Below are positions 11,449-25,248 of a DNA stretch of 64,000 nucleotides, in pieces. The stretch spans positions 20,255,376 to 20,319,375 of the forward strand of contig NC_090210.1 in assembly GCF_033026475.1 (NCBI RefSeq), in the 5' to 3' direction. This DNA comes from Channa argus. Its lineage: Eukaryota. The translations under genes were made by a program, and so were the position numbers. The stretch's first letter is position 1. Each line of letters opens with the position of its first letter. The notes below the pieces were generated by a model. That model was given only the letters and a program-made list of their open reading frames with translations, ran no database searches and was not told the origin of the DNA.

Positions 11449-12134
11449 GTGAGTGTGCACACAAGAGAGACTAAATGCTAAGAACGTCATGTGCGATATT
11501 CTCTCGTCATCATTTTTGTTACGTTTCTGACTTAAAGGCTGCAAGAGAAAAGCTGCGTTTGAGTGTCTTACAAATGTCTGTTTTGTTAGTGTAGCCTGTA
11601 TATGATGTTTAACACACCATGTTGGCTACATGTTGCACAGTTTGACTTCAGAACTCGAAGAATACGAGGGAGCTTTCCCTCTGTCACGCAGTTATTTAAT
11701 GGAAAAAAAACAGGAAGCAGTTGTACAGTCTATTTTTAACCTGCACATGAGTGAGTCTGTATAAATAAGCAGTAATCTAGTCAGTGTCAGTGAAGTGGGC
11801 TAGATGAATTGGAGATATGGGAAAAAAATGTTTTAAATGTGGCCACATTACGGCTCAGGAGGATTCTGAATACAGACTGCACTATTTAAAGCCAATGTTT
11901 GTAGATTTGTTGACATAAGATGATAAATAATATAATTCGTCACAGCGAGTGAGAAGAAATAGCAGCTTTTGCTTCTTTGTGCTTAACAGAACTCATGTGC
12001 AAGTTATTCTCAGCCTTCTCAGGCCTAACAAAGTAATGACAGCAAAAAAAAAGATTTTCATTAAATTAACTGTGTGTTTATCTGTGTGGGCACCTACGTT
12101 ACACTTCATTTGACCTTATGTTTTTATCTCTTAG

Positions 12135-12190
12135 ATGGTAAATTACAATGGGAGGAGGAAGCTCATGTTGACCGCGACAACAGCAATGAG
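12135..12190 (+). CDS. nfatc4: nfatc4 exon 10 (DGKLQWEEEAHVDRDNSNE)
   Basis: Acceptor tctcttag|AT, donor GAG|gtaatt. Matches human PDGKLQWEEEATVNRLQSNE. Confidence 0.85.
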
Positions 12191-12291
12191 GTAATTTGGT
12201 AATTTCATCACTGCCCATTTGTATCTTAGTTCACGGATGAATCTGCACTAATCTGCAAAATGACGTGTCTGCACCTCCTCTGTCCTTGTAG

Positions 12292-12418
12292 AGTTTGTTG
12301 TGCGTGAGAGTTCCCGCCTACAGCGACCTCTCCATCAGTCTTCCTGTGTCGGTCAGTCTTTATGTTTCCAACGGGAAGAGGAAGAGAAGCAGCACTCACT
12401 GCTTCAAGTATCTGCCCA
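12292..12418 (+). CDS. nfatc4: nfatc4 exon 11 (SLLCVRVPAYSDLSISLPVSVSLYVSNGKRKRSSTHCFKYLP)
   Basis: Acceptor ccttgtag|AGT, donor CCC A|gtgagt. Matches human VQVYFYVSNGRRKRSPTQSFRFLP. Confidence 0.8.
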
Positions 12419-13524
12419 GTGAGTGTCCGTTCCCATCCTCTGTGTATTTTCTGTATGAGTAGCTGCAGCACATGTGTACGTTTTGTGTGCACATGTGTGC
12501 CCGTTTTTAGGTTTTGTTCTAGAAGCCAGTTGGTTTCCACTTTTTTTTGACTGACTGCAGGATATTTGTGCACAAATGCACTGCTGATACACCGTATAGT
12601 GGAATCCATGCATCCTTCTATCCACCACACACGCACACACACACACACGCTCCCCTATGCCTAACATTTGGTTGTTGGTAATTGTGGCCAAAGAGCTCAA
12701 TTTTTTATTTCATATGCGATCAGAACTTCTGATCACTGTTTGTACAACGGCCCTGCAGATTGGAACAGTGCCTTCTTGGGGGGTATTGCTTTGACTTCCT
12801 AACCAGCAGATCTGTCCACTTTATAGGTTTTATAGGTTACTACCTTGACTTCCACATTTTAGACTCTTCATTGGGGCATTATCCAGTACTATTCAGCCCC
12901 ATAGTTATGGTTTAGTTGGTAGATGTGTATCTTCCAGACAAGTGATAGAGAGGTGTCATCTGCAGGTCTTGGTAAGTATTAGGTGGAGTATTTTCATTAA
13001 CACAAGACCTGCTTTGGGACGGTGCCTGGGTGTAAAAACACAGGAATACCAAGCGGGATAACAGCCGTTTGCTTCCCACCTCCAACCTGCAGCATATTTT
13101 TGAGTATTTTTTTAAGTATTTCACAATTTTCCCCTAAACCATTGTCTAATGTTTATGTGCCTGAACCTAACTTAATTATTATGTTCCTAAGATAAGGTTC
13201 TTCTCAGTTGATTTCACTGTTTGAACTTTTGTATATTATACTGTTGTATGTACTGTAAAGGACCTTCTGGACCTACTAGGAGGTAGAAGACTGTCTACTG
13301 AACCATAATTATGGCCTGATGTGAGCCATATTTAATGCCGTAAATCTTTCCAGATTCTAGTTTTGTAGGCGTCACTTAGCTTTAGGTCAGATCCCCTTTC
13401 AGTTGTTTAGAGGATCCTATGGCACCTAGTTATTAAAACATCTAATATTTAATTGAACCACTACTACGTAAAATTTTTATGTTTATTATTCATGGGCAGT
13501 AACTCAGTGATCTTCTGCTCACAG

Positions 13525-14247
13525 TTATGTTTAAAGAGGAGGACCCCCTCCTACCCCGGCCCTCTGTGCTGCCCCCGGATGGGGGGACTGTGTGTCCTGT
13601 GGGAGGTCAACCTAGGTTGGACAGGGGCTTCCACATCAGAGGCGATGCCATGGCTGACGACCAAGGGCTGGGCTTCCACCTGCCCCCCTACCCTTCCACC
13701 TACTCCCCTCCCTGCCCCACCATGAGCTACCCCGAGGAGTACTGCTCGAAATCCGATGCTGTGGTAGAGGAGCCGGGGGGGTCGAGGGCGGCCCTGTCCG
13801 AGCGTCACCCCAGCTTTGAGAACCTGGAGCTGGGCTTCACTGAGCTTCTTCCCCCTCTGTACCCCCGTGGCCCACAGCCTCCCTCCCCCTCACCTTCCCC
13901 ATGGCTGGACTCACCTTACCTCTCCTCCTCACCCTCCCCTTCCCATTCGTCCTCCCTCAGCCCTTTCCCTGCTGGCAGTCCCATCTCAACCTCCTCTCTG
14001 CCTCCCATGCCCACCTCCCCTTACCCCCACTACCCTGCTTATACGCAGGAAGTGTGTCCCTCCCCTCCCTCTAACCCCAGCCCTTATCAGGACATCTGCT
14101 CAGCACCCTACTCCCAGTACGAGGGCTGGGACCCCCAGGGAAGGGTGCTGGGGGCAGGACATGCAGGAGAGAGGGATGCCAAGATCCAGGATTGCCCCCT
14201 GGAGTTTACCAGCTCAGCCTCTATGCACCACATTACATTTGAAGAAG
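13525..14247 (+). CDS. nfatc4: nfatc4 exon 12, large proline/serine-rich C-terminal transactivation region
   Basis: Acceptor gctcacag|TT. The open 241-codon frame matches ORF 13527..14288. Donor GAA G|gtaagt at 14248. Confidence 0.8.
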
Positions 14248-15207
14248 GTAAGTTGCATGTATTGATTTTAACAGCGATAGACCTGTGATAATATGTTAAT
14301 AAAAAATAAAGTGTGGTACTAGAGATGTGATACATACAGAAAATGTAATTTAGAAGTAGATTTTTGTTGGCTTTTATGCCTTTATAGATGGATAAATGAA
14401 TGAATTGCGTAGGTGGGCAGCTGTGGATGTCAGAGTTTCTTTCAGCCGGACACCAGGTGGCTCTCAGTGGGTCAGACCAGCACCTTACATGGCATCATGT
14501 TTGTGTGTGGAAATAAGCAGTAAATTGTAAAGCCCATTTAAGCTGTGCAGTCCATTCCTCATAAATCATTAGTAAAGTGCAGGTTGACTTGCTATTTATG
14601 CCAAAGCTATAATATATGTTTTTTTTTTGAAGATGTATGATTGTTTTATTACTTCTGTCCATTGGTGGAATGTGGTCCTGTAGTTGGAAATGCTGTTAAA
14701 GAGCATTTTTGTATTGGTTCCATTTGTTCACTGCTGTTATCAACTTGGTTCGCAGCTGCAGAGGTCGGCTAATTTGCAGTAAAAAAATAAATATGAAAAA
14801 CCCCAGCAGCCAGATGCAGTTATCAAATACCTGGTAAACATAGCAGGAGCATTTAAAGGGGTGGATATTTTGCTCAGGGGTTAGTGGAGACCAAAACACA
14901 GAGAGACGGAGTAATAGACTTTCATCCTTTAGGTCACATGTAACCCCAGATAAATGCTAATGCTTTGTGTTTGTGTGTCGACACATTGTGTAGACACATT
15001 AACTCAAAACAAAATCCTCAGAAAGCAGTTTGACAATTTGTCAAATATTGGTGTAATGTTCACTTTGTTGTTGAATCTGTAAGTGTTGAAACTGTACAGA
15101 CTGAGCCGTGGGCTGCAGGTAGGATTATTTAGTACCGTAATTGAGGTGGAGAGATGGATAAAAAGTTGGAATAATTAACTTGTTTTTCTCCTTTTCGTCC
15201 TCCACAG

Positions 15208-15272
15208 TGACAGAGTTCATCGGGGAGGACATCCAGTCTTACCAGTCAGGCTCTCAGATGGACAACCAGTGA
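15208..15272 (+). CDS. nfatc4: nfatc4 terminal coding exon (VTEFIGEDIQSYQSGSQMDNQ*)
   Basis: Acceptor tcctccacag|TG. ITFEE|VTEFIGED matches human ITLEEVSEIIGRD. TGA stop at 15270-15272. Confidence 0.8.
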
Positions 15273-18200
15273 AACTGTGCTCTCCCATTTGATATTCAAC
15301 ATCATTTCATAACGTAAGATGCGTCGCACCTGTGACAGGAGAATTGTATTAGCAGGACAGTGTTGTAATTAGCACAGATAGCGTTAAGGTTTTATAAAGG
15401 GAAACTGATGTTTATAACATGTTTTCAATATAAATTATACAAGAAACTGGTTGGGTTTTGTCTATTATTCCAACAGAAAGGTGAACATAGCATGAAAGCA
15501 TGAAGGAAAAGTTATTAAATCACGTGTAAAGACATTATGCAAGATGCATTATTTTCGCCAGTCTCACCAACAAATATATTTCAGCGGTTTGAAGACATGC
15601 AGTTTGTTGAAAGTGTCCATATTTTAAAATTGCACAAGCTGAAGCTTCATTTGTCCTGCAGAGAGCTCACATCTCTCCAAGCAATTTCCACACGTGATGG
15701 AAACTTTCTGAGTATTGGTAAAAGGATTTAGGATTGTGCGGTGGAATAGCAGCAATCATTGCAGGTTTTTTTCTAAAAGTTAAACAGTTAAATGAAAGAA
15801 CTTGCTCAACGGATCAATAACTCGCCAAAGGTTAAAGCTGTAAAGCAGAATCAGTTCTGTGGCCGATGTAAAGTGTTGATGCCAGAGCATAGTTCTGTGA
15901 ATTTGACCTTGTAAAGTGAAGAGGTGACCAGGCTGTTTGAAAGGTTTGAATGAGCGATGGTTTGTTAGATCCTCGTCTAAACAGAGCAGGTTTGTCGTGA
16001 AGAACAGTGCCACCTGGGGGGACTCAGAACCAGGATGGGTCAACAGTCATAAATCAGCAGCTCTTTAAAACTTTGAAGCTTCACTAGTCTAATTCTCTGG
16101 TGTTTGCACTTTCTCCACTGAAAAGCGAAATACAGACAAAAGTCTCTCATTGTTGCAAAACAGCAAAGGCAATAAAAATGCACCAGCCTAACACAAAGGC
16201 CCTAAAGTAGCATTATATGTTTTTTTTGACAGTTTTATGGGTCTATATGGTTCGGCAGAGCCATAAATGGACATGTTCAGAGCCTGAGACCAAAAAAACT
16301 TTAACAAAAATCTTTCAAGATTAACTTAACATTGGAGTCTGAAGCTGTAACTCCTTCTATGACATTGACTTTTCCTATTCCAGCTTCTGCTTTTCCATTT
16401 GGCTGCAACGCTGGAAAGACAGTAACACATGGAAGGTTCCTGAGAGGTGAATGTACTAAAAATAATGGAACAGAAATCTCCAAGTTTCAGCTCCACTTTG
16501 TCTGCAAACAACTGTTTAACAACTGTTTTAACATTTTAGGAATATTTACATGTACCTACTGTATCAGCTTTCACTTTTTTAGGAAAATTTCCAAAACATT
16601 TTTAAGCAAACTGCAGAATTTGATTCCATTTAGATGCAAGAGATGAGCATGTGCTCAATTCTGGTCATATTCTGGGGTGTATTTAGGAATACATTTTCAT
16701 TTATTTATTCTTTTTGCATTTGTCATTTGATTATAATTGCCATCATAACAGACAAGTCCAGACATCCTGAACCAAAACTGCTACAAAGGTTTTACTGTAG
16801 CAGAAAAAAAGTGTTTTCATACCTAGATTTGGGATCAGTCATAAAGATGCTCAGCTGTTTAGTACAATAAATGAATCTATTTTCCACGTCCTATAACATT
16901 TCACTAGGGGGAGGTATAATCTCAAACATCAGGCGGTGAGCTCTCACAGTCCGCCTGACTGACACATACAGGTTCATACAACAGCTGCCAAGTGGACAAA
17001 TGGAGACCCTTCTGATTGATAAACATAGAGGGTCTTGGTGAAAACCGAAAGACCATTGCATCTAAACCCAGTCTTAGTCACTGGGAAGCCTGAGTCCCAA
17101 AAGACAAGCTATGTATAGAATCAGAGAGTTATGTATATGGCTGCTGCCGACTGTTAACGTGACTTTATACACTGTGCAGACTGTTTCCTCATGACAACAG
17201 CAGTACTCTTACTGTGATGCTGCTTCTAATGCTGGTACTGAGCCAAGTACAGAGAGTGACACAGTATCTCGTAATAAAACTATGTTCACACTATAGATGG
17301 AATAACACACTTTGTGACAGAATTCACAAAATTACATTAGGAGACACAAAATACACACCACAAGGAGATGACAAATAACCAATAACATACACTGGGTCTC
17401 AAAATCTTGAGCTGTGAATGTATTAGTTTCATAAAACTTGTTAAAGGGTTGTTGTAAGTCAATCTCTGAGACTTCAACACAGCAGAAGAGAAGGAACTTG
17501 CTGAAAGCTGTTCTCAAGCATTGATAGAGTCTCTAACCAGTGACTCTAGTGACTCAGGGAACAATGGGATAGACAGGTTTTATGATTGAAAACTGACAGA
17601 ACACAAAGTTATTTAGCTGGACCCGACATGCAGTAGCTGATCATTGATGACCATGACAACCACAGTTTAGTGACATTGGACTTGTAAAAGTTTACATCTG
17701 GTTATATTATCTTAGCCCTGATTCTACTGTAATGGCTGCGTTTGCTTTTAAAACAGCATGTGTGAATGTAGTGTCGCTTTGGTTGAGAAATAAAAATAAA
17801 AGCTTCACATATATTTTTAAGCACCAGCAGTAAATCGTCTGTGTGATGCAAGAGCACACGCCCTGTGTATTTATATTGGACAACAGAGACCGGAACAGAC
17901 AACACAGGCTAATCCTATTAGATTCATTTACTCCCTGCACTGAGTACCCCCGGAAAAACAAGCACATCAGGCGGCCATCTTTATCTTCATACTTGTCTGA
18001 GTATGTCATACAATGACCTGAGTAAAGAAGCAGCTTTCCCAGAAGTCGAGAGCTGCTTTTTTGTCCCTTTTCTTTTAAATGTAGGGAGGAAGAAAGTGTT
18101 TTCATTACACAGCCCTGTCACAAAGGAATTAAAGTAGTATTTCATCCAATGAGTGTTAAAATTCTATATCTATTCTAAAACGCTAACTTTAGAAACAGAG

Positions 18201-18289
18201 TGATCTAAATTCACAGCTTAGCATTTTGAGAAACACACCTTTTCCTTCTCCACTGTCTTTTAAGTAAATGTGAAGTCACGTCCAGTTGG

Positions 18290-18700
18290 GCAAAAGTTAC
18301 AGGGCAACTTTACCAATTTTCAACTTCTCCCCATCACATTAGTTTAGGGTTTAAATATACAATAATGCTTTTAAAAGTCTCTCTGTCTTCTTTTGGCTAA
18401 AAAATGCCTCCAGATGACATCACTTGGAGAAACCTTCAGTTCAGATTCACCTCGTTGCCCACACTATGGAAGTTGGGATCGCGGTCAACCTGCTTTTCCA
18501 GAACTCCCCCAGACGATATTATCTGAACTCCCGATGATGTAAAACTCCTCCGGTTGATGTCGTCTGGAGGCAATTTTCAGCCAGAAGATAAAATAGTGAA
18601 GTGTGAGATGAGTTTAAAAGCACTTTTGTATATTTGCATCCTAAACTAAAGCCATGGGGAGCAAGTTGAAAATTGGTGAAGTTACCCTTTATCTACATTG
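18290..18700. mobile_element. Foldback/MITE-like element with inverted arms of about 130 bp
   Basis: 18290-18420 (ttacagggcaactttaccaattttcaacttctcccc...) is the reverse complement of 18585-18700 (...ggggagcaagttgaaaattggtgaagttaccctttatc). The central 160 bp is itself palindromic (cctccagatgacatcacttggag ... ctccggttgatgtcgtctggagg). Confidence 0.6.
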
Positions 18701-19424
18701 ATAAACTAAAGCAAAGCTAAATGTGAATCAGTGCACACGAAGAGATCACAGTATGACACAGCCAATGAAAAAAAAACTACTCAAGCCTCAAAGAATGAAA
18801 TTAATAAAAAAAAAAAAAAAACATGTAGGAAATGATTCATGCACTTGAGTAATTCTTTAGATGTGTTTCCATTGCACTTACTAACACTTACTAACTTTTA
18901 CACTTTAGACAAGTGTTATATTTTTCCAGCATTTACATTTGATTTGTTTTCACACAAATTCCAAATGTGCATTAAATAGGTGTATGGAAAATCAATCAGA
19001 CTTCAATCAGAAACAGTTTTTTTTTCAGTTTTTTGGCACATGACCACAAACAAAACCCAATCTTGTTGCTTAATAGACTGAGATATATTCCCCACGACCA
19101 AGCGCTGACCTTTATGTGGTGATTTGACAGTTCCTTCTTAAAATGCTGGGAGTTCCTATGGTTGAGGCAACACATTCCAACTCAGTCAAAGGCTGGTGTG
19201 AGGTCAGAGGAAACAACAATTCGTGAAACAACCCAACAAAATGACAAACTGCTTGCACAGCTGTTTTCCTTTGCATTGGCTAGAAATCAAACCATAGAGA
19301 ATGCTGCATCTGTTTGTGTGGGACCATGGGCATAAATGGGCCCCAGCACTGAACAGCTGGCTTTTTCAAGCACTCTGAGCATGTGTTGCATTGTTATATT
19401 GTCATTCAAGTGCTTATTGTTCCC

Positions 19425-20477
19425 CACACAGTTACTTAGAAAATGATACATATAGTGCTTTCACAATGTTTTTCCAGCGCTTAACTTTTTCCACATTCTG
19501 TTGTGTTACAGGCTTATTTCAAAATTTATCAAATTCATTATTTTCCTGAAAAATACCCCATAAAACGATACACCAATTACAGCCTCAAGTCTTTTTGAGT
19601 ATGAGGCTACAAGCTTGTAGCTCAGGTTGGATGGGGAGCGTTAGTGCACAGCCATTTTGAGATCTCTCCAGAGATGTTCAATCGGGTTCGAGTCTGGGAT
19701 CTGGCTGAGCCACTCAAGGACATTCACTGAGTTGTCCCATAGCAACTCCTTTGTTATCTTGGCTGTGTGCTTAGGGTCGTTGTACTGTTGAAAGATGAAC
19801 CGTCGCCCCAGTCTGAGGTTGAGAGCCTCTGGAACAGGTTTTTATCAGGGATGTCTCTGTACATTGCTGCATTCATCTTTCCCTCGATCCTGACTATTCT
19901 CCCAGTTCCTGCCACTGAAAAACATCCCCACGGCATGATGCTGCCACCACCAGGCTTTACTGTAGGGATGCTATTGGCCAGGTCATGAGCAGTGTCGGGT
20001 TTCCTCCAGACATGACACTTGGCATACAGGCCAAAGAGTTCAATGTTTGTTCCCTCGGACTAGAGAATTTAGTTTATCATGGTCTGACAGTCCTTCAGGT
20101 CATGTCCCTTTTACTGAGGAGGCTTTTCCGTCGCACCACTCTACCATACAGGCCTGATTGGTGGAGAGTCAAAACTGAATTTCCCACAGGTGGACTCTCA
20201 AGTTGTAGAAACATCTCAAGGATGATCAGTGGTAACAGGATGCACCAGAGCTCAATTTTGAGTGTCATGGCAAAGGCCATGAATACATCTGTACACGTGA
20301 TTTTATGTACATTTTCTTATAAATATTTCCCACAAACGTCTTTCACGTTGTCATTATGGGCTATTGTTTTTAGAATTTAAAAAATAATAATGAATGTGAT
20401 CCATTCTGGAATAAGGCTGTAACATAACAAAATTTGGAAAAACTTAAGCCCTGTGGATACTTTCTGGATGCACTGTG
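19425..20477 (-). mobile_element. Degenerate Tc1/Sleeping-Beauty-like DNA transposon with recognisable TIRs and a frameshifted transposase
   Basis: TIR-like ends: 19470-19560 (agcgcttaactttttccacattctgttgtgttacaggcttatttcaaaat...) and its reverse complement at 20400-20477 (ttctggaataaggctgtaacataacaaaatttggaaaaactt...gcactgt). Transposase fragments on the - strand: 20095..20280 (HQSGLYGRVVRRKSLLSKRDMT) and 19754..19936 (MPWGCFSVAGTGRIVRIEGKMNAAMYRDI). Confidence 0.75.
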
Positions 20478-20699
20478 TGCTTTAAAAGTGGAAATGTGAT
20501 GCTGCATTTGTGGTTCTTTCTTTGAGTTCTGTCTCAGGCCTCTTTCACTTGCGATTCCATCAAGCTATTGCAGTGCTGATGACTAAAACTCTTTGTTGTT
20601 TTTGTAGGTGGGAAGGATAAGAATTTATTCAGTGACCTAATAAGAATAGGAAGTCCACTCCCCAGGGGATTTTTATTGTGTACATCAGCAGCAAAGCTT

Positions 20700-20960
20700 A
20701 CTGGAATATGATGTAAAACTTGTCAGACATACTTGGTCTCAGTCATAGCAAATAGTCCCGGTCCAGAAGCAGCAAAGTGGGCCCAAATCATGATACTGCC
20801 ACACTATGTTTTTAAGGTTCTTGTGCTGGTGTGTGCTGCTGTTTGCCCATATGCAATCATACTATTTTTTTCATAAATTTTTACTTCAGTCCCATCTGTC
20901 CTAAGAACATTTTTTCAGTAGCCCACGTGGCTTTACACAAACTGTAGCTGGGCAGCTATC
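20700..20960. mobile_element. Short fragment of another Tc1-like transposon
   Basis: The motif cccaaatcatgatactgccacac is typical of Tc1 transposase coding fragments. Not reconstructed further. Confidence 0.3.
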
Positions 20961-22576
20961 TTCTTTTTAGAGACTTCCTTCGCCCTTCTAGTTTTGGGAC
21001 ATTTAATGTTTTTTTAATTTCTTAAATTTAATTTAATGTTACCACTTAGGTGATGGCATGTGGTTTGTTTTGAAAAGTGATTTATTTTTTTTTTTTACAT
21101 AATATGGGTCTGTCACATCTTTCATTTCACAAAAAGTACATTTTTTAACTTGTATTTATACAGCTGACGGGCCTCCTTTCTTTCTCAGTAACATCCTGAC
21201 CACATTAAAACGGTTACACACATTTTGCCAGTACAACCACAGTCTGACATTTGGCCATAGAGCAGATTCACTAGAGCAGTCAGGGTCAAGGCCGGGGTCT
21301 TTGATAAGGGAGGAAATAATGGGTCCTTTTTTTTGCCTGTCCCACCCAGATGTTTTCCTGTCATAACAGAGACTGAACCGGAAACGTCAGCACATAAGCA
21401 GATGACGAACTATCCGGGTAGTTCATGTGCTCATATGAGGACCTTTCTGGTCAGCAGTGGGTATCACATGGGGAGGTTGTATGCAAGATGTTTGGAGTAT
21501 TTGTATTTGGCTGTTTATGGAATTGATCAAAATCTTTATCATCAAGAAATACACATTAGCCAAATTATTTTGGATTCTGTACTCATTATCTATCCTTAAA
21601 CATCTAAATACTGTACTTTCTACATCAATCTTGCCAGTGGACGGTTCTAGAGTTAAGTCATGATTTTCCTGCACCGCATTCAAAGGTTTCTCTTAACATG
21701 GCAGCTGCTGGCTTTGCTATTGTAGTAGCTATGGCCCCACGCCAGAGGTTACAACCCTTCCTAAACAAAAATAAATGACATGACATGTAATTGTATTAGA
21801 ACTTGGCGTTGTTGGCTTCTCCTTTCCTGACCATAGATTTATGGGCAACTGAAGGTTAACTGTGTTCCACATTGCCCCCTTTATCCACCAAACCTCTAGT
21901 GGATCTGAACCACTGTGGTTCGTAATTCTGACTGTCAAGGCCCTGCAGCCACTAGATAAATTCAAGTCTCTGTGGGTTGTCCTGTGGTTCACAGAGAGCT
22001 GGAGGGAAGCTGATAGTGGATACAGGAGGTGGGGAAAAGAAAAAATGTGTTAAGCGATAAAGTAAACACTGGAGTATAAATAGTGTCCGCAGAGAACATG
22101 ATTTATAACCAGTTTATTCTGAGTTCAAACAATCATCATGGATCCCTTTTTTGAAATGTTAATCCACTGATGTCACTAGGAAAGTTTTAACATGCATATG
22201 ACACAATTAAAGACAGAAATGACCAGATAATTTGCTCACTGAGCTCATGTGCTGGTTTCAAACGTGCACTGTTTTGCCTGTCTCAAGAACCAAAACAATG
22301 ACTTCATGTGTCTGTGAGCCACACAAAGCTCCGAAATGGTGTTAATTCTGTATCAACAGGACTAATGATATTTTTACTTCAGCCTAAATATTTAAATACA
22401 GGATCTTTGCATCATTGTGTAGCCAGGAATTCAGCAGTCCAGACCGTGTAGGGGCATTACCCTGTCAGGTCAGAGCCACAAAATAATTGGCATATAGAGA
22501 CTGTTTCTTTGTGCACTTATGGCGTCTCTATCAGTTTTTATCATCAGTGATGTTTTGCGTTTATTTTAGCTTTTTT

Positions 22577-22592
22577 GGGGGGGGGGGGGGGG
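22577..22592. repeat. Poly-G homopolymer (16 G)
   Basis: Direct reading. Confidence 0.9.
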
Positions 22593-22789
22593 TGCAGTAC
22601 ACATGCAAGCTCTCCAAAGTACTGCAAACATCAGTGTTTACCTTGTTAAAAAAATATGAACAGTGCTCTGTTTGTTTACAGGCAGTGTGACTGACTGTAG
22701 TTTAATTTAGGTTATTGGTATTAGTACATTTTAGACCTATTAATGTTTATTTGAATATTTATTTTAGCCTTGATTGCACTAGGTTTAAT

Positions 22790-23080
22790 TCTCTTTATCT
22801 TTGCTTCTGGTAAATGGTCTGCACTTATCCAGCACTTTTCTACCTATTGGCACTCAAAGCACTTTACACTGCTTCTTATTCACCCATTCACACTCACAAT
22901 CACACTTACAGTCACACACCAGTTGGGGAGATGCTATGCAGCTGGCCAACACTCACCGGGAGCAACTAAGCTGGCGTTCAGTGTCTTGCTCAAGGACACT
23001 TCGACATGTGACCAGAGGAGCCGGGGATTGAACCAACAACTGTGAGATTGGTGGTAAACCGCTCTACCTTCCTGCGCCAC
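22790..23080 (-). mobile_element. tRNA-derived SINE (teleost family) on the - strand
   Basis: The reverse complement of 22985-23075 gives a tRNA-like head ggtagagcggtttaccaccaatctcacagttgttggttcaatccccggctcctctggtcacatgtcgaagtgtccttgagcaagacactgaac, followed by the conserved body ...cagtgtaaagtgctttgagtgccaataggtagaaaagtgctggataagtgcagaccatttacc. Confidence 0.7.
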
Positions 23081-23439
23081 AGTTGCCTTAGTCTGTGGTT
23101 TATGATGGCCAATACATTTGGGTTCAAATCATTTATTAGGGTGGCCAGACAGGGACACATGCTCAAAATCGGGTGGCACTTTTGGAAAATTATTTAAAAG
23201 GTTTTAGAATCAAAATCAAAAACAAACAAACAAAAATTTTGGGAAATAATACAATGTATTACTATTAATAGGCTAATATGATGTTTGTTCAGTGTCACAT
23301 ATGTAACTTGTCTACCATTTGAGACAGTCAAATAATCATAAAAATATAATACAGTAAACAGTTAGGGAGAGGTAAACATCCATCCTTTGCATGGATAATC
23401 TCCCTACCCAAATTTAAAAAATGTGCAAAATGTAAATAA

Positions 23440-23575
23440 AACAGAGTGCAATGATTTGCAAATCTCATCAAGCCATATTTTATTCACAATAGAACTTTAA
23501 AAACATATCAGATGTTGAAACTGAATTTGATGGAAGCAACACATCTCAAAAAAAGTTGGAACAGGGCTTCTTTTT
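23440..23575. mobile_element. Single arm of the same MITE family as 8727-9050
   Basis: The stretch gcaatgatttgcaaatctcatcaagccatattttattcacaatagaac...gatgttgaaactgaatttgatggaagcaacacatctcaaaaaaagttgg is closely similar to the 8745-8890 arm. Confidence 0.55.
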
Positions 23576-23739
23576 TTCAAGATCTGATATCCAGATATTC
23601 TATCTGGACCAGATAGGTGGACTCTCAGGTCAGTGGTTACAGACACACTTGACCTAGAAGTGCACCACAACTACACTTAACAAGTTAAAATGAAGATTGT
23701 TGAAAGTGTGTTTTAAATCAGACAAAAGTATCATAAAAT

Positions 23740-23742
<3 letters not shown>

Positions 23743-23773
<31 letters not shown>
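23743..23773. repeat. (AC)n microsatellite
   Basis: Direct reading. Confidence 0.95.
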
Positions 23774-23774
<1 letters not shown>

Positions 23775-25248
23775 CTGTTTACTATGTGGTTTTATTGAAA
23801 CACTGGATTACATTTTTCCTGCAATACTGGTATGGTAAGCACACTTGAACGGTGAAATATATAAAAGTTAAACAGTAACACTAACAACATGTAGAGAGAG
23901 AAAAGCATTGTTTTTGTCTCTTTCTCTGAAAATTTTTCTTTACAGCAGTACAAAACTAATAGACCAAGTCAAAAATCTGAATGAATTCAGTGGTGATTCC
24001 TCAATATTCATCACCGGGACTTTAAAAATGCATGATATATACTCATAAGTGCATTTTAACCATGGCTGTATTTTTAATCCCCAATCTTGCTTATTATCTT
24101 TCTACATGTATATAATTGGAATACGATCTGTATCCCGCAAATAAACATACAAATATTTCATAACAGGAGCAAAAAGCTGGCCTAGCATTCACCTGAACAT
24201 CAAGTAAACAATTTCTGTGCTGCTTCAAGTCTTCAAGCTAAGTGAAAATGACTAAATGATCGCACAACTCGCACAAGTGGAACTGTGCACCAGTCAGTAA
24301 CTTTAACAAAATCATCAAAGAAATGAGACAAATAATTTAACTTGTATTTTCAATTGTATTAATATTTTCTCAGCTCTGCACAGCCATATTTTTTAACATC
24401 TGTCCTTTTCTTTGTCTGAGCTTGGGAACTGCTCCAAGGTTTCCCTTGGTGGCTGGGTGGGGCCACCCCTGGTGTATATTTTTATTATTTTAGTGCAAAA
24501 GTTTGTATCTTCTTCTAAACATTATTTAATTAATAATTTCTGATGAAGGAACATTTATAATATCTTAATGTGCGTTGAATTTAATGTTTATTAAAAGAAA
24601 TCTTTGTTTTACTTTGTTTAACAATTTCAAAATAAGGGGAGGCAAACTTCTGAACCCAACCATAGCTTATTAATATCCAGAAATCACACTCATGTGTGTA
24701 TACATGAAATAATCATGTATTTTGAACATTACAAGGGGCACTGATCTGAATTACAATGCATCATAAGGTGTGGGGGGTGGGGAATTTCACCATGTTCCAG
24801 CGAAGTCTCACAATCCTCATAATAGTCTTAGACATTTGCTCTAACACATGTATGGAAAGCCTCGGTAAGTTTAAGTGAATATTGTGATGTGTAAACCATT
24901 GAACTCTATTACTTCTCTTCTCCTTCTCTCTTTTGAAGGTCCCAGGAGTGGCAGTATCCTCCAGACAAAATCTAATTTGGTAGGTTTGGAGGTGATGTTT
25001 GGGTTCAAAAAAATCATAAGATTTAGTCTTGACAACCCACTTATGTTATTGCTTTTTTATTATTTTATTCGATGAGAGCTACAGCAACATCAAATTCTCT
25101 ATTTTCTGAACCAATCTCAACTAATAGAACAGAGTTGCAGAGTGTACGCTAGCCTTTGTTTACAACACTGTATTTGGCAGTAGTTTGAAAGCCTTTATAA
25201 ACATGCCAAATTTAATTTTATTTGGAGCATATGGCTGCCCTAACACCC

